This document shows positions 18,420 to 27,250 of a stretch of DNA of 64,000 nt, in pieces. Both the position numbers and the translations under genes were made by a program. The notes under the pieces were generated by a model that did not search any database, was not told the DNA's origin, and worked only from the letters and a program-made list of their open reading frames with translations. The DNA comes from an uncultured Nitrososphaerota archaeon (GTDB lineage: Archaea; Thermoproteota; Nitrososphaeria; Nitrososphaerales; Gagatemarchaeaceae): positions 672,001 to 736,000 of the forward strand of contig CAVRAG010000008.1 of NCBI GenBank assembly GCA_963718895.1. Direction: 5' to 3'. Position 1 is the first letter of the stretch. Every line of letters begins with the position of its first letter.

Positions 18420-19175
18420 TTACCTCATCCCCCTGCCGCCGGCGACTGTGAGCACTTCTCCCGTTATCCAGTCGGCTTCGTCTGAAGCGAGGAAGGTCGC
18501 GGCGGCTGCCGTGTCGTAGGTTCTGCCCAGCCGCTTGAGGAAGGTCTCGCCCGCTATGAGGAGCTTCGTCTCCTGTGGCATCGAGGCGAGTATGTCAGTC
18601 TCCGTCGTTCCGGGGCAAATCGCGTTCACTGTGATCTCGGGTCCGAGCCTGACCGCGAGCGACCGGGTAAGCCCGATCATCCCGGCCTTTGACGAGACGT
18701 AGTCAGGATATCTCAGGGCCGAGGGCTGCGCGAGGGCCGAGACAGAGGAGATGTTGATGATCTTCCCCTTCTTCTGGGTGAGCATGAGGGGCGCGACCTC
18801 CCTGCAGCACAGGTAGGCTCCCTTGAGGTTCACGTCCAGCACGCGGTCCCAGTCCTCGTCCGTCGAGTCGAGGAAGTCCTTCGCGACTAATACCCCGGCG
18901 TTGTTGACCAGTATATCCACTCGACCGAACTTCCCGACGGTCTTGGAGACCATCCGCTTGACCTCGGGCGACTTCGAGACGTCAGCCTTCACGAGCAGAG
19001 ATCTGCCGCCTTCTCTCTTGATCTCCTCTACGACGTTCTTCGCCTCCTCCTCGGAGCTCCGGTAGTTCACCACCACCCTCGCACCCTCGGAGGCGTACAT
19101 TCTCGCGATCGCTGCGCCGATCCCCTTACTTGCGCCCGTCACTATAGCCACCTTTCCCCTGAGACGCTGCGCCAT
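18420..19175 (-). CDS. SDR (FabG-like) oxidoreductase A
   Basis: TGASKGIG, NNAG and YVSSK motifs; ATG at 19175 lies about 30 nt below a TATATTA box. Confidence 0.9.
   Translation of the reverse strand: MAQRLRGKVAIVTGASKGIGAAIARMYASEGARVVVNYRSSEEEAKNVVEEIKREGGRSLLVKADVSKSPEVKRMVSKTVGKFGRVDILVNNAGVLVAKDFLDSTDEDWDRVLDVNLKGAYLCCREVAPLMLTQKKGKIINISSVSALAQPSALRYPDYVSSKAGMIGLTRSLAVRLGPEITVNAICPGTTETDILASMPQETKLLIAGETFLKRLGRTYDTAAAATFLASDEADWITGEVLTVAGGRGMR
18745..18830. repeat. 86-bp perfect inverted repeat, copy 1
   Basis: Reverse complement is identical to 21319-21404 (checked base by base). Confidence 0.95.
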
Positions 19176-19223
19176 GGCTGCTCGGCCCACGCGGCAGATG
19201 CCCGTAATATAGGTTCAGACCGA

Positions 19224-20813
19224 TTACTCTGGCGGAATCTCTTGGAGGACCGCGCCTAGGTTGATGCCCTTGCCCTTGAAGTAGTAGTACCTGGCGACGT
19301 AGATGATTATGCCAGACCCGAAGATGGTCGCGAGGAGGGCGTCAGCGGCAGGGGTAGCAGGCCCGATAGCCGGGGTCGTGACCGCGAAGTAGAGGGTTAT
19401 CGCCATTGCGACGACCGAGAGAAACCCGAATATCTGGAGCACGCGGGGACCACCGGAAAGTCCCTTTGCCAGCTCCTTCCTCCGAATGGGGAAGACTATG
19501 GCAGATATCCCGACTATAATCCAGACGATCGACCAGATGGTGGTGGTGTTGAGGACCTGCCCGATGTAGCTCGTGTACGCGGTGAAGGCCACGAGGATGG
19601 CTCCAACTACAAGCGTGAGTATCGTGGCCTTGATCGGGATGTGCAACCTCTCGTTGATGTCCGCGAAGGTCGAGGGGAGTATCCTGTCGAAGGAGAACGC
19701 GAAGACGTACCTCGAGGCGCTCAGGACTAGTCCGCATGCCCACCAGGGGAAGAACACCAGGAACGAGAACTGAACGAAGGTCGCTAGGTACGCGTTCCCC
19801 AGAATCGCCGGTACAAAGACGGCCAGCCAGGGGGCGACACCGAGGGAGAGTTGGCCCGAACCGAAGAGCGAGAACGCGGCCTGATTGAACGGGTAGGAGA
19901 GCATGCGCATGGCGAAGAAGAGGCCGACAATGTCGATGATCGCGCATATCGCGAGCGCAATCACGACACCCCAGAGCATGCTGTACTTCGCGTTCTTGAC
20001 CTCACCCGAGATGTAGACCGAGTAGTTGAATCCGTTGAAGAGAAGGACCCCGAAGGGGATGCTGAGAAGAGTCGCGCTGGTCGTGATGGGGAGATAGGGG
20101 AAGTTGTTGCTCGCAGCCGCGGACAACACGCCGTTGTAGGTCACGCTCGGAGCGCCCGATGTGCCACTGAAGAAGTTCGTGAAGTCGGTTGCGAACGAGG
20201 CGTTGGACGTCCCTATCACGAACGCGAGCATTATGAAGGTCCCGAGGAAGACTATAATCGCCAAGGTTATCATGACCTTGCTGTAGATCTTCGCGCCCAG
20301 GCTCGTTATGATGACACCGAAAATTACCACCCCTAGCATCCCCGACAGGAAGACGTTGTTGGGGGTAACGAAACTTGTGGCCCAGTTGATCAACCCCACG
20401 TTGTGCCAGGTGTAACCCATCGTGAGCGCGAAGTCGGGTACTACGACCGAACCCCAGGCGCCCGCGCCGCCCGAGAGCAGCGCGACGAAGGACAGCCACA
20501 TAGCCCATCCCGCGACGAAGCCGACGCTCGGGTGAAGACTTCTGCCCATCCAGATGTAGTCGCCTCCGGAGCGAGGCATCTGAGTGGCAAAGATGTAGTA
20601 CATTATCCCGAGCGGGACCATGAAGAGGACGCCGATGATCGCGGAGATGGTGAACTCGGCTCCAGGGTCGGACGGTGCGATGTAGCCAATCTGGGAAGCG
20701 ATTCCGAAGTACGTGGGACCGGTGACGGCGAGACTTACGATGAGAGCGTCGTACCAGCTGAATGACCTTACTAGACCAGTAGCGTCCCGCATGAAAGCGG
20801 ACTTGCTAGCCAA
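19224..20813 (-). CDS. APC-family amino acid/amine permease
   Basis: FMRDATGLVR N-terminus, MPRSGGDYIW, RYVFAFSFDRILP, C-terminal EIPPE; about 12 or more TMs. Confidence 0.9.
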   Translation of the reverse strand: MASKSAFMRDATGLVRSFSWYDALIVSLAVTGPTYFGIASQIGYIAPSDPGAEFTISAIIGVLFMVPLGIMYYIFATQMPRSGGDYIWMGRSLHPSVGFVAGWAMWLSFVALLSGGAGAWGSVVVPDFALTMGYTWHNVGLINWATSFVTPNNVFLSGMLGVVIFGVIITSLGAKIYSKVMITLAIIVFLGTFIMLAFVIGTSNASFATDFTNFFSGTSGAPSVTYNGVLSAAASNNFPYLPITTSATLLSIPFGVLLFNGFNYSVYISGEVKNAKYSMLWGVVIALAICAIIDIVGLFFAMRMLSYPFNQAAFSLFGSGQLSLGVAPWLAVFVPAILGNAYLATFVQFSFLVFFPWWACGLVLSASRYVFAFSFDRILPSTFADINERLHIPIKATILTLVVGAILVAFTAYTSYIGQVLNTTTIWSIVWIIVGISAIVFPIRRKELAKGLSGGPRVLQIFGFLSVVAMAITLYFAVTTPAIGPATPAADALLATIFGSGIIIYVARYYYFKGKGINLGAVLQEIPPE

Positions 20814-20976
20814 TATGAGTTCACCTCTGGGTTAAGTTTACTATTTAACCTTTGAAAACCCAGGGATTCATCCAGCTTTTGTATCTTTTCATCTCTTAAC
20901 CTCTTAGTTCTTGTCGTATTTCCGGTCAGGTTCGCCGGTAGGGACAAGGCTTTAGGGGCCTCGAGAGAAAGCGGCT

Positions 20977-21729
20977 GTGATGCGCCTAAATGGCAGGGTA
21001 ACGATAGTGACGGGAGCTTCTCGAGGAATCGGCAGGGCGATCGCAAAACGCTTCGCCAAGGAAGGCGCGAAGGTCGTGATAAATTACAACCACTCCAGGT
21101 CCCAGGCAGCGAAGCTTCTCAGGGAGATACAGGGCGCGGGAGGCGAGGCGATCATAGTCAAGGCTGACGTCTCCAACCCCCGCGACGTCAAGAGGCTCGT
21201 GAAGAAAGCAGTTGAGGCTTACGGGCGGGTCGACGTGCTGGTCAACAACGCGGGAGTCTTGTTCCAAGAGACTTTCCTCGACGCGCCGGAAGACGTCTGG
21301 GACAAGACGATTGACATCAACCTCAAGGGAGCCTACCTGTGCTGCAGGGAGGTCGCGCCCCTCATGCTCACCCAGAAGAAGGGGAAGATCATCAACATCT
21401 CCTCGAACTCCGGAGCGTATCACCCTTCGGCGATGAGGCTTGTGGAGTACACCACCTCGAAGGCAGGAATGAACGGGCTGACCAAGGCCCTCGCTCTGAA
21501 GCTGGGACCGTACGTCACCGTCAATGCGATCCTACCCGGCAGGATAGAGACGGACATGACCGCCGGAGTCTCCCCGGAGTCTTCGAGGGCCGTCGTGGAC
21601 GAGACGCCCCTGAAGAGGTTGGGTACGCCCGACGAGGTGGCGAACGCCGCCGTTTACCTCGCTTCGGACGATTCGGACTTCGTTACGGGCGAACTGCATA
21701 TGGTCACCGGTGGCCGAGGCATGCACTGA
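20977..21729 (+). CDS. SDR (FabG-like) oxidoreductase B
   Basis: TGASRGIG, NNAG and YTTSK motifs. Confidence 0.92.
   Translation: MMRLNGRVTIVTGASRGIGRAIAKRFAKEGAKVVINYNHSRSQAAKLLREIQGAGGEAIIVKADVSNPRDVKRLVKKAVEAYGRVDVLVNNAGVLFQETFLDAPEDVWDKTIDINLKGAYLCCREVAPLMLTQKKGKIINISSNSGAYHPSAMRLVEYTTSKAGMNGLTKALALKLGPYVTVNAILPGRIETDMTAGVSPESSRAVVDETPLKRLGTPDEVANAAVYLASDDSDFVTGELHMVTGGRGMH
21319..21404. repeat. 86-bp perfect inverted repeat, copy 2
   Basis: Identical to the reverse complement of 18745-18830. Confidence 0.95.
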
Positions 21730-21791
21730 CCACGTGGACCCTGACCACCGACAACCATAAACAAGAGGACGGCCCGCCGGAAGCCTAAGGC

Positions 21792-22778
21792 ATGTCTGTC
21801 TCAAGACGGCGCAAAGACCGCGCGATACCCGCGGAAGAAAAAGTCAATGCACCGATGACCGAGGCCGAGTTCGACCAGCTCTTTCACGACGTCTCGAACT
21901 GGGGCCGCTGGGGCGAAGCGGACGAGAGGGGGACCCTCAACTACCTGACCCCCGAACACGTGAAGAACGCCGCCTCGCTGGTCCGCTCAGGTCGGTCCAT
22001 CTCGCTGTCGAGGGAGGTCGACTCGGTTCCGGAGGTCGACAACCCTAATCCGGCGATTCACCTTATGATCAGGGGCTACGACGTTCCCGCGAGCGGTGGC
22101 GAACCACAGTTCGTCTCAGACTACCTCGGTTGCGGCTGCCACGGGAATGCCCACTCTCACGTTGATGCGCTCTGCCACGTCGCCTACAAGGGGAGGCTCT
22201 ACAACAACAGACCGCTCAGCACTGTGACCACCCAGGGTGCGAACGCCATGGACATCACGACCTACGCCAACGGGATCGTGGGCCGGGGAGTACTCCTGGA
22301 CATACCGAAGGTGAGAGGGACCAGGTGGCTGGAACCTGGCGACGCGGTCACATCAGAGGACCTACTGGCCGCGGAACACAAGCAGGGGGTGCGCCTCGGC
22401 GAGGGAGACATCTTCGTGTTTCGCGTCGGCCATCCTCTGCGTCGTAAGGAGGTCGGGCCCTGGAACATCGAACACGGGGGCCAAGGCAGGGCGGGTCTCC
22501 ACCCGACGGCGATGCGCCTTCTGCACGAACGGAAGATAGCGGCGTTCCTCCCGGACGGGGACGGTGAGACCGTTCCGAGCAATGTCACGGGCGTGCTCCA
22601 TCCAGTCCACGCGCTTCAGATCGGCGCAATGGGCCTGGCGTGCGGCGACAGCCTGCAGTTCGAGGAGCTTGCAAAGGTCTGCGAGGAGGAGAGACGGTGG
22701 GAGTTCATGGTCACCCTCGCGCCGCTAAGGCTGCCCCACGGGACAGGCTCTCTCGTCAACCCGATCGCGATATTCTGA
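21792..22778 (+). CDS. Cyclase-family (kynurenine formamidase-like) metal-dependent hydrolase
   Basis: NWGRWG..DERGTLN, HGNAHSHVDALCH, GRGVLLD and GTGSLVNPIA motifs. Confidence 0.88.
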   Translation: MSVSRRRKDRAIPAEEKVNAPMTEAEFDQLFHDVSNWGRWGEADERGTLNYLTPEHVKNAASLVRSGRSISLSREVDSVPEVDNPNPAIHLMIRGYDVPASGGEPQFVSDYLGCGCHGNAHSHVDALCHVAYKGRLYNNRPLSTVTTQGANAMDITTYANGIVGRGVLLDIPKVRGTRWLEPGDAVTSEDLLAAEHKQGVRLGEGDIFVFRVGHPLRRKEVGPWNIEHGGQGRAGLHPTAMRLLHERKIAAFLPDGDGETVPSNVTGVLHPVHALQIGAMGLACGDSLQFEELAKVCEEERRWEFMVTLAPLRLPHGTGSLVNPIAIF

Positions 22779-22839
22779 ACATCCGTCCAGGCCGAGGGCA
22801 AGTTCAATACTCGGACGTTGGGGTAGACGGACGAGGAAA

Positions 22840-23928
22840 ATGAACATCGACGAGCTACCTACTCCGGCGGTCGTCATCGACCTCGACGCGGTCGAGCGGA
22901 ACATCAAGAAGATGCAGGACTTTGTGAACTCGAGGGGTTGCGGCGTCAGGCCGCACGCCAAGTCGCACAAGAGTCCGTTCATCGCGAGGAAGCAGATGGA
23001 CGCTGGCGCCGTGGGCCAGTGCTGCCAGACGATAGTCGAGGCGGAGGCGTTGATGCTGAACGGGATTGACCACGTGCTCCTCACGACCAACCTGGCGAGC
23101 CAGGGTTCCATCGAGAGGTTCCTAAACCTCGGCAGGAACGGGGACATCAAGATCATAGTAGACGGAAAGGAGAACGCTGAGATGCTCGCCAGGGCTGCCC
23201 GGCACAGAGGGATGACAGCGGACGTGGTGGTCGACCTGGACGTTGGGGGGAACAAGACGGGACAGCAGCCCGGGGAACCGGCCGCGAGGTTCGCCAAGTG
23301 GATAATCGAGACGGACGGACTGCGCTTCAGAGGAATCCAGGGGTACGAGGGGCACCTACAGATCAGCACGCCAGACTTTGAGGAGAGGAAGACCAAGACC
23401 ATGGAGGCGCTCGGGAAGATCACGGCTACCATCGAGGCGCTCAAGGCGCTCGGGATCACCCCTGAGATAGTCACCTGCGGCGGGACCGGGACCTACAACA
23501 TCTCCGCGGGATATCCTGGCGTGACGGACATCCAGCCTGGTTCGTACATCTATATGGACCGGCGGTACGGAGAGATTGGGTCTGCCGGGACAGACTTCGA
23601 GAAATCGATGTCCGTCGTCGCCACGGTCATCAGCGCCCCCACCCCAACCAGGGCGGTGACCGATCTGGGCTGGAAAGGAGTCGGCATCGAGTACGAGGCA
23701 ATCGGGTTCGGAGGAATGCCCACCCCGCTGCTCCCGGGCCTCAAGTACAGTCCCGGGGGCGACGAGCACGGGATCCTCACAGCGCAGGAGCCCAGATATC
23801 GGCCGAACGTCGGCGACAGGGTGAGGTTCCTACCCGCACACTGTGACACTACGCTGAACCTCTACGGATTCTTCTACGGGGTCAGGGGAGACAGGGTAGA
23901 GGTCGTCGGCCCTGTCGCCCGACGCTGA
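22840..23928 (+). CDS. DSD1-family PLP enzyme (D-threonine aldolase / D-serine dehydratase-like)
   Basis: LPTPAVVID, RPHAKSHK (PLP Lys), YEGH, GGTGT, QPGSY, DEHG and HCDTT motifs. Confidence 0.9.
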   Translation: MNIDELPTPAVVIDLDAVERNIKKMQDFVNSRGCGVRPHAKSHKSPFIARKQMDAGAVGQCCQTIVEAEALMLNGIDHVLLTTNLASQGSIERFLNLGRNGDIKIIVDGKENAEMLARAARHRGMTADVVVDLDVGGNKTGQQPGEPAARFAKWIIETDGLRFRGIQGYEGHLQISTPDFEERKTKTMEALGKITATIEALKALGITPEIVTCGGTGTYNISAGYPGVTDIQPGSYIYMDRRYGEIGSAGTDFEKSMSVVATVISAPTPTRAVTDLGWKGVGIEYEAIGFGGMPTPLLPGLKYSPGGDEHGILTAQEPRYRPNVGDRVRFLPAHCDTTLNLYGFFYGVRGDRVEVVGPVARR

Positions 23929-23940
23929 GGCGACTCGTGG

Positions 23941-24783
23941 TTGAAGTTCGGGCTGGCCGTCTCCGGCAGAGGCAATCTGAAGGTGATAGAGAAGATGGCG
24001 CTGAAGGCCGACGAGGTAGGGTACGACAGTTTCCTTGTCACGGATCACTTCCTTCACCCAGTGAGCAACGACCACATCGACGTCTGGTCCTTCCTGCCCT
24101 ACCTCGCCGGGAAGACCAACAGGATAAGGCTCGGGACGTGCGTAACTCCGCTTCCGCTCCGTCAGCCGGCGGTCCTTGCCAAGACGATAGCCTCCTGCGA
24201 CGTCCTGTCCGGGGGGAGGATGATCCTGGGCGCCGGCTTCGGCTGGTACAGGCCTGAGTTCGATGCGTTCTCAAAGTGGCTTGAGACCGGAGAGAGGATC
24301 GCCTACAGCAGGGAGGCGCTAGAGCTGATGCTCCGCCTCTGGCACGAGAAGGAGCCGTTCGACTTTCACGGGAGGTTCATCGAGGCCAAGGGGGTGGTTG
24401 TAGAGCCGAGACCAGTGCAGAAACCGCACCCGAGCATCCTCTGGGGTGGCCATCTGTCTGCCTCGCTAAGAACGGCCGGACGGTACGCAGATGGGTGGAT
24501 GCCCATCGGGCCGAGGTGGTTCGACGACGAGTATCCCAGACCCCAGGAGTACGCCGTGATGAGGGAGAAGATCCTCGGGGAGATGAAGAGGCTCGGACGC
24601 CCTACATCTGGGTTCATCTTCACCAATATCATCAACATGGCAGATACCAAGATAGTGCGGGCGGACCTTGAGCGGTATGTCCAGTCGGGCGTCAACTACT
24701 TCACCCTGGGCGACAAGGCCAAAGACGAAGCGTCGGTAAGAGAGATAGAGAGGGTCGCAAGGGAAGTCGGGGGGTCGTTCTGA
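23941..24783 (+). CDS. Luciferase-like monooxygenase (LLM) family, possibly F420-dependent
   Basis: GYDSFLVTDH, IRLGTCVT, SGGRMILGAGFGW, PRPVQKPHP and YADGW motifs. Confidence 0.9.
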   Translation: MKFGLAVSGRGNLKVIEKMALKADEVGYDSFLVTDHFLHPVSNDHIDVWSFLPYLAGKTNRIRLGTCVTPLPLRQPAVLAKTIASCDVLSGGRMILGAGFGWYRPEFDAFSKWLETGERIAYSREALELMLRLWHEKEPFDFHGRFIEAKGVVVEPRPVQKPHPSILWGGHLSASLRTAGRYADGWMPIGPRWFDDEYPRPQEYAVMREKILGEMKRLGRPTSGFIFTNIINMADTKIVRADLERYVQSGVNYFTLGDKAKDEASVREIERVAREVGGSF

Positions 24784-24784
24784 A

Positions 24785-25669
24785 ATGGGAACGGAGGCCC
24801 GCTGGAAGATATCGTTCATACCCTACTACATGACCGCGACCGCAAAGTGGAGCTCGCCGCCCGCGAGTGAGGCGATCAAGGTCCTGAAGGGAGCCGGCTA
24901 CGACGGGGTCGAATGGATGCTCGGGCAGCACTTCAGGAACACGAGGGAGCTCGGAGAGCTCACGGCCAGGACGCGGCAGAGCGGCCTGGCGGTCTCGAAC
25001 ATCATGTGCTGGAAGGATCTCGCGACCCGCGACCAAGATGCCAGGAAGGCGAGCGTGAAGACTCTTCAGGGGATGCTCACGGCGGCGGGCGACTTGGGCA
25101 TCCCGGTAATGAACACCTTCACCGGACCGATGACCTGGAACCCTGGCGCGGCCAGGGTTGGGAAGGACATCTCGGAAGGAGAAGCGTGGAAGGTCGTCAC
25201 CGAGTCGCTATCCTCTGTCGTCGAGACGGCCGAGAGGGCCAAGGTCGTCGTTACGGTGGAGCCGGTCTTCGGCATGCTCGTGCACGACTACTACACTCTC
25301 AAGGAGTTGCTCAGGCAGCTCGACTCCAGATATCTCGGGGTCAACCTGGATCCGTCGCACTTCGCCCTCTACGGGAACGACACGGCATGGGCGGTCCGGA
25401 TGCTAGGCGGCAAGGTCAGGCACGTCCACGTGAAGGACGTCTTCGGGAGACCGGGCGTCTTCGGCGAGACGTTCACCTTCCCGTTCCTGGGGGAGGGAGT
25501 CATCGACTGGCAAGGCTTCTTTGGAGCGCTGAAGGAGATCGACTATCAGGGGTTCCTCTCGCTCGAGTTCGAGAACGACAGATACCTCAATAACGTCTGC
25601 GACGGAGACTGGGCCAAGGCCGCGGTCCAGCTCAGGGAGAGGGCAGACGAGCTTCTTCCAAGACGGTGA
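24785..25669 (+). CDS. Sugar phosphate isomerase/epimerase (xylose isomerase-like TIM barrel)
   Basis: GYDGVE, VEP, DPSH, HVHVKD, GEGVIDW and SLEFE motifs. Confidence 0.88.
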   Translation: MGTEARWKISFIPYYMTATAKWSSPPASEAIKVLKGAGYDGVEWMLGQHFRNTRELGELTARTRQSGLAVSNIMCWKDLATRDQDARKASVKTLQGMLTAAGDLGIPVMNTFTGPMTWNPGAARVGKDISEGEAWKVVTESLSSVVETAERAKVVVTVEPVFGMLVHDYYTLKELLRQLDSRYLGVNLDPSHFALYGNDTAWAVRMLGGKVRHVHVKDVFGRPGVFGETFTFPFLGEGVIDWQGFFGALKEIDYQGFLSLEFENDRYLNNVCDGDWAKAAVQLRERADELLPRR

Positions 25670-25738
25670 GGGCAGGGCCGCACGCCCGCGGGAGACTGGA
25701 AAAAAGGATAAGGCCCGCCCCCTGCAGGCGTTCAGAAA

Positions 25739-26644
25739 GTGATCGCCTCCAAGGTCTCCGAAGGGGTCTACATCATCGACACGTTCGCGCTCGGCCAACC
25801 CGGTTCCGTCGCTGCCTACGTCCTCAAGGGGTCCAAGGTCGCCCTCGTCGACTGCGGCTACGCAACATCATCGAAGACGGTGCTGGAAGGATTGAAGGAG
25901 CTCGGGATCCCTCCATCCGGGGTCGACTTCATCGTACCGACGCACGTCCATCTGGACCACGCCGGCGGCGCTGGAGAGCTCGCCAGACAGATGACCGGGG
26001 CCACCGTCCTAGCCCAAGAGCGGGGCGTCCCCCATCTCGTCGACCCGACCCGCCTGATCCAGAGCGCGACCAGCGTGTTCGGGGAGGCGACGATCAATGC
26101 CTACGGGAGGCCTACCGGCATAGACAGAGAGAGAATCATCCCAGTCGGGGAGGAGCTGCACGTCGAGCTCGGAGGGCTCTCTTTCACGGCTCTGCACTCG
26201 CCCGGACACGCCCCTCACCAGATCTCGGTCTTCATCGAGGAGACCAAGGTCCTCATCACGGCCGACGCGGTCGGGGCGGTCTATCCCACCGTGCCCATCG
26301 TGATGCCGGTGACCCCTCCGCCGAGCCTCGACCCGTCTGAGCTCGGCAGGACCACCGATCATCTGGGACAGCTTGGCGCTCGGACGCTGCTCGCGCCCCA
26401 CTTCGGGGTCAGGGCAGACGTCGACCATGTCCTGGAGGCGACGAAGAGGAAGACCAGCGAGTGGGTCGCCAGCCTGAGACCTCTCAGGCAGGCCGGAGCC
26501 TCGCTCGACGAAGCGGCCGCTTTGCTGAAGAGAATGGTGTCCAGCGAATCCGGGATTCGCGAGAAGGACTTCCCCTCGTATGCCGACACCTCAATCAGGG
26601 TCAGCGCGATGGGGATCCTCCACTACCTCGAGAAGAACCCCTAG
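25739..26644 (+). CDS. MBL-fold metallo-hydrolase
   Basis: THVHLDHAGG, PGHAPH and PHFG motifs. Confidence 0.9.
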   Translation: MIASKVSEGVYIIDTFALGQPGSVAAYVLKGSKVALVDCGYATSSKTVLEGLKELGIPPSGVDFIVPTHVHLDHAGGAGELARQMTGATVLAQERGVPHLVDPTRLIQSATSVFGEATINAYGRPTGIDRERIIPVGEELHVELGGLSFTALHSPGHAPHQISVFIEETKVLITADAVGAVYPTVPIVMPVTPPPSLDPSELGRTTDHLGQLGARTLLAPHFGVRADVDHVLEATKRKTSEWVASLRPLRQAGASLDEAAALLKRMVSSESGIREKDFPSYADTSIRVSAMGILHYLEKNP

Positions 26645-26679
26645 AGAACTTTAAGTGACTTTCGGGAGCTTGCTCGGCC

Positions 26680-27201
26680 ATGGCCACGGAGAGGAGGTTC
26701 GCAGCATTCAGCAAGAAGGCCGTCCCGCCGAGGATGAGGAAGATGCCCGATGGGGGGATGTGCATCTCGGCGTTCGTGATCATCTCGAAACGCAGCGAAC
26801 CGGGCAGCGTGCTCATGGGCAAGATAGACAAGAACGCGAACTGGGACCACATCGGCGCCCTGGACCCCAAGAGGGTCGAGCGCCTGAGGACAGGATGGAT
26901 GCTCCCGTCCTCCCACCTTATGCTCTACGAGACCCCCGAGGGAGCCGCCCGGAGGATACTGAGGGAGCAGCTGAACATCCGCGGGATGAAGCTCGACGGC
27001 CCCCTGACGTTCGTGGACACCTCCGGCACCGAGAACCACTGGGACATCGGATTCATCTACACCGGGACCCGCGATCTGCCTCCCAAGAGCCCCGCCTGGC
27101 GCGAGCTCCGCTTCGTGAGGCCCGGCGAGCTCAAGAGCGAGGAGGTCGTCCGTTCCCAGGTCGACGTCCTGGCCTACGCCGGGAAGCGCAAGACCCAGTA
27201 G
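26680..27201 (+). CDS. Nudix-fold protein with degenerate Nudix box
   Basis: WMLPSSHLMLYETPEGAARRILREQL resembles a Nudix box. Confidence 0.6.
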   Translation: MATERRFAAFSKKAVPPRMRKMPDGGMCISAFVIISKRSEPGSVLMGKIDKNANWDHIGALDPKRVERLRTGWMLPSSHLMLYETPEGAARRILREQLNIRGMKLDGPLTFVDTSGTENHWDIGFIYTGTRDLPPKSPAWRELRFVRPGELKSEEVVRSQVDVLAYAGKRKTQ

Positions 27202-27250
27202 CGGGCGGGTTCAGGAAGCCTTATGCGGACCCGGGAGGCGCCAGGCCCGT

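Noticed and set aside
17214-18485. Long antisense ORFs (also e.g. 28728-29696, 47105-48148, 10330-11091)
   Set aside because: Shadow ORFs expected from high GC3 opposite well-supported genes; no recognisable motifs.
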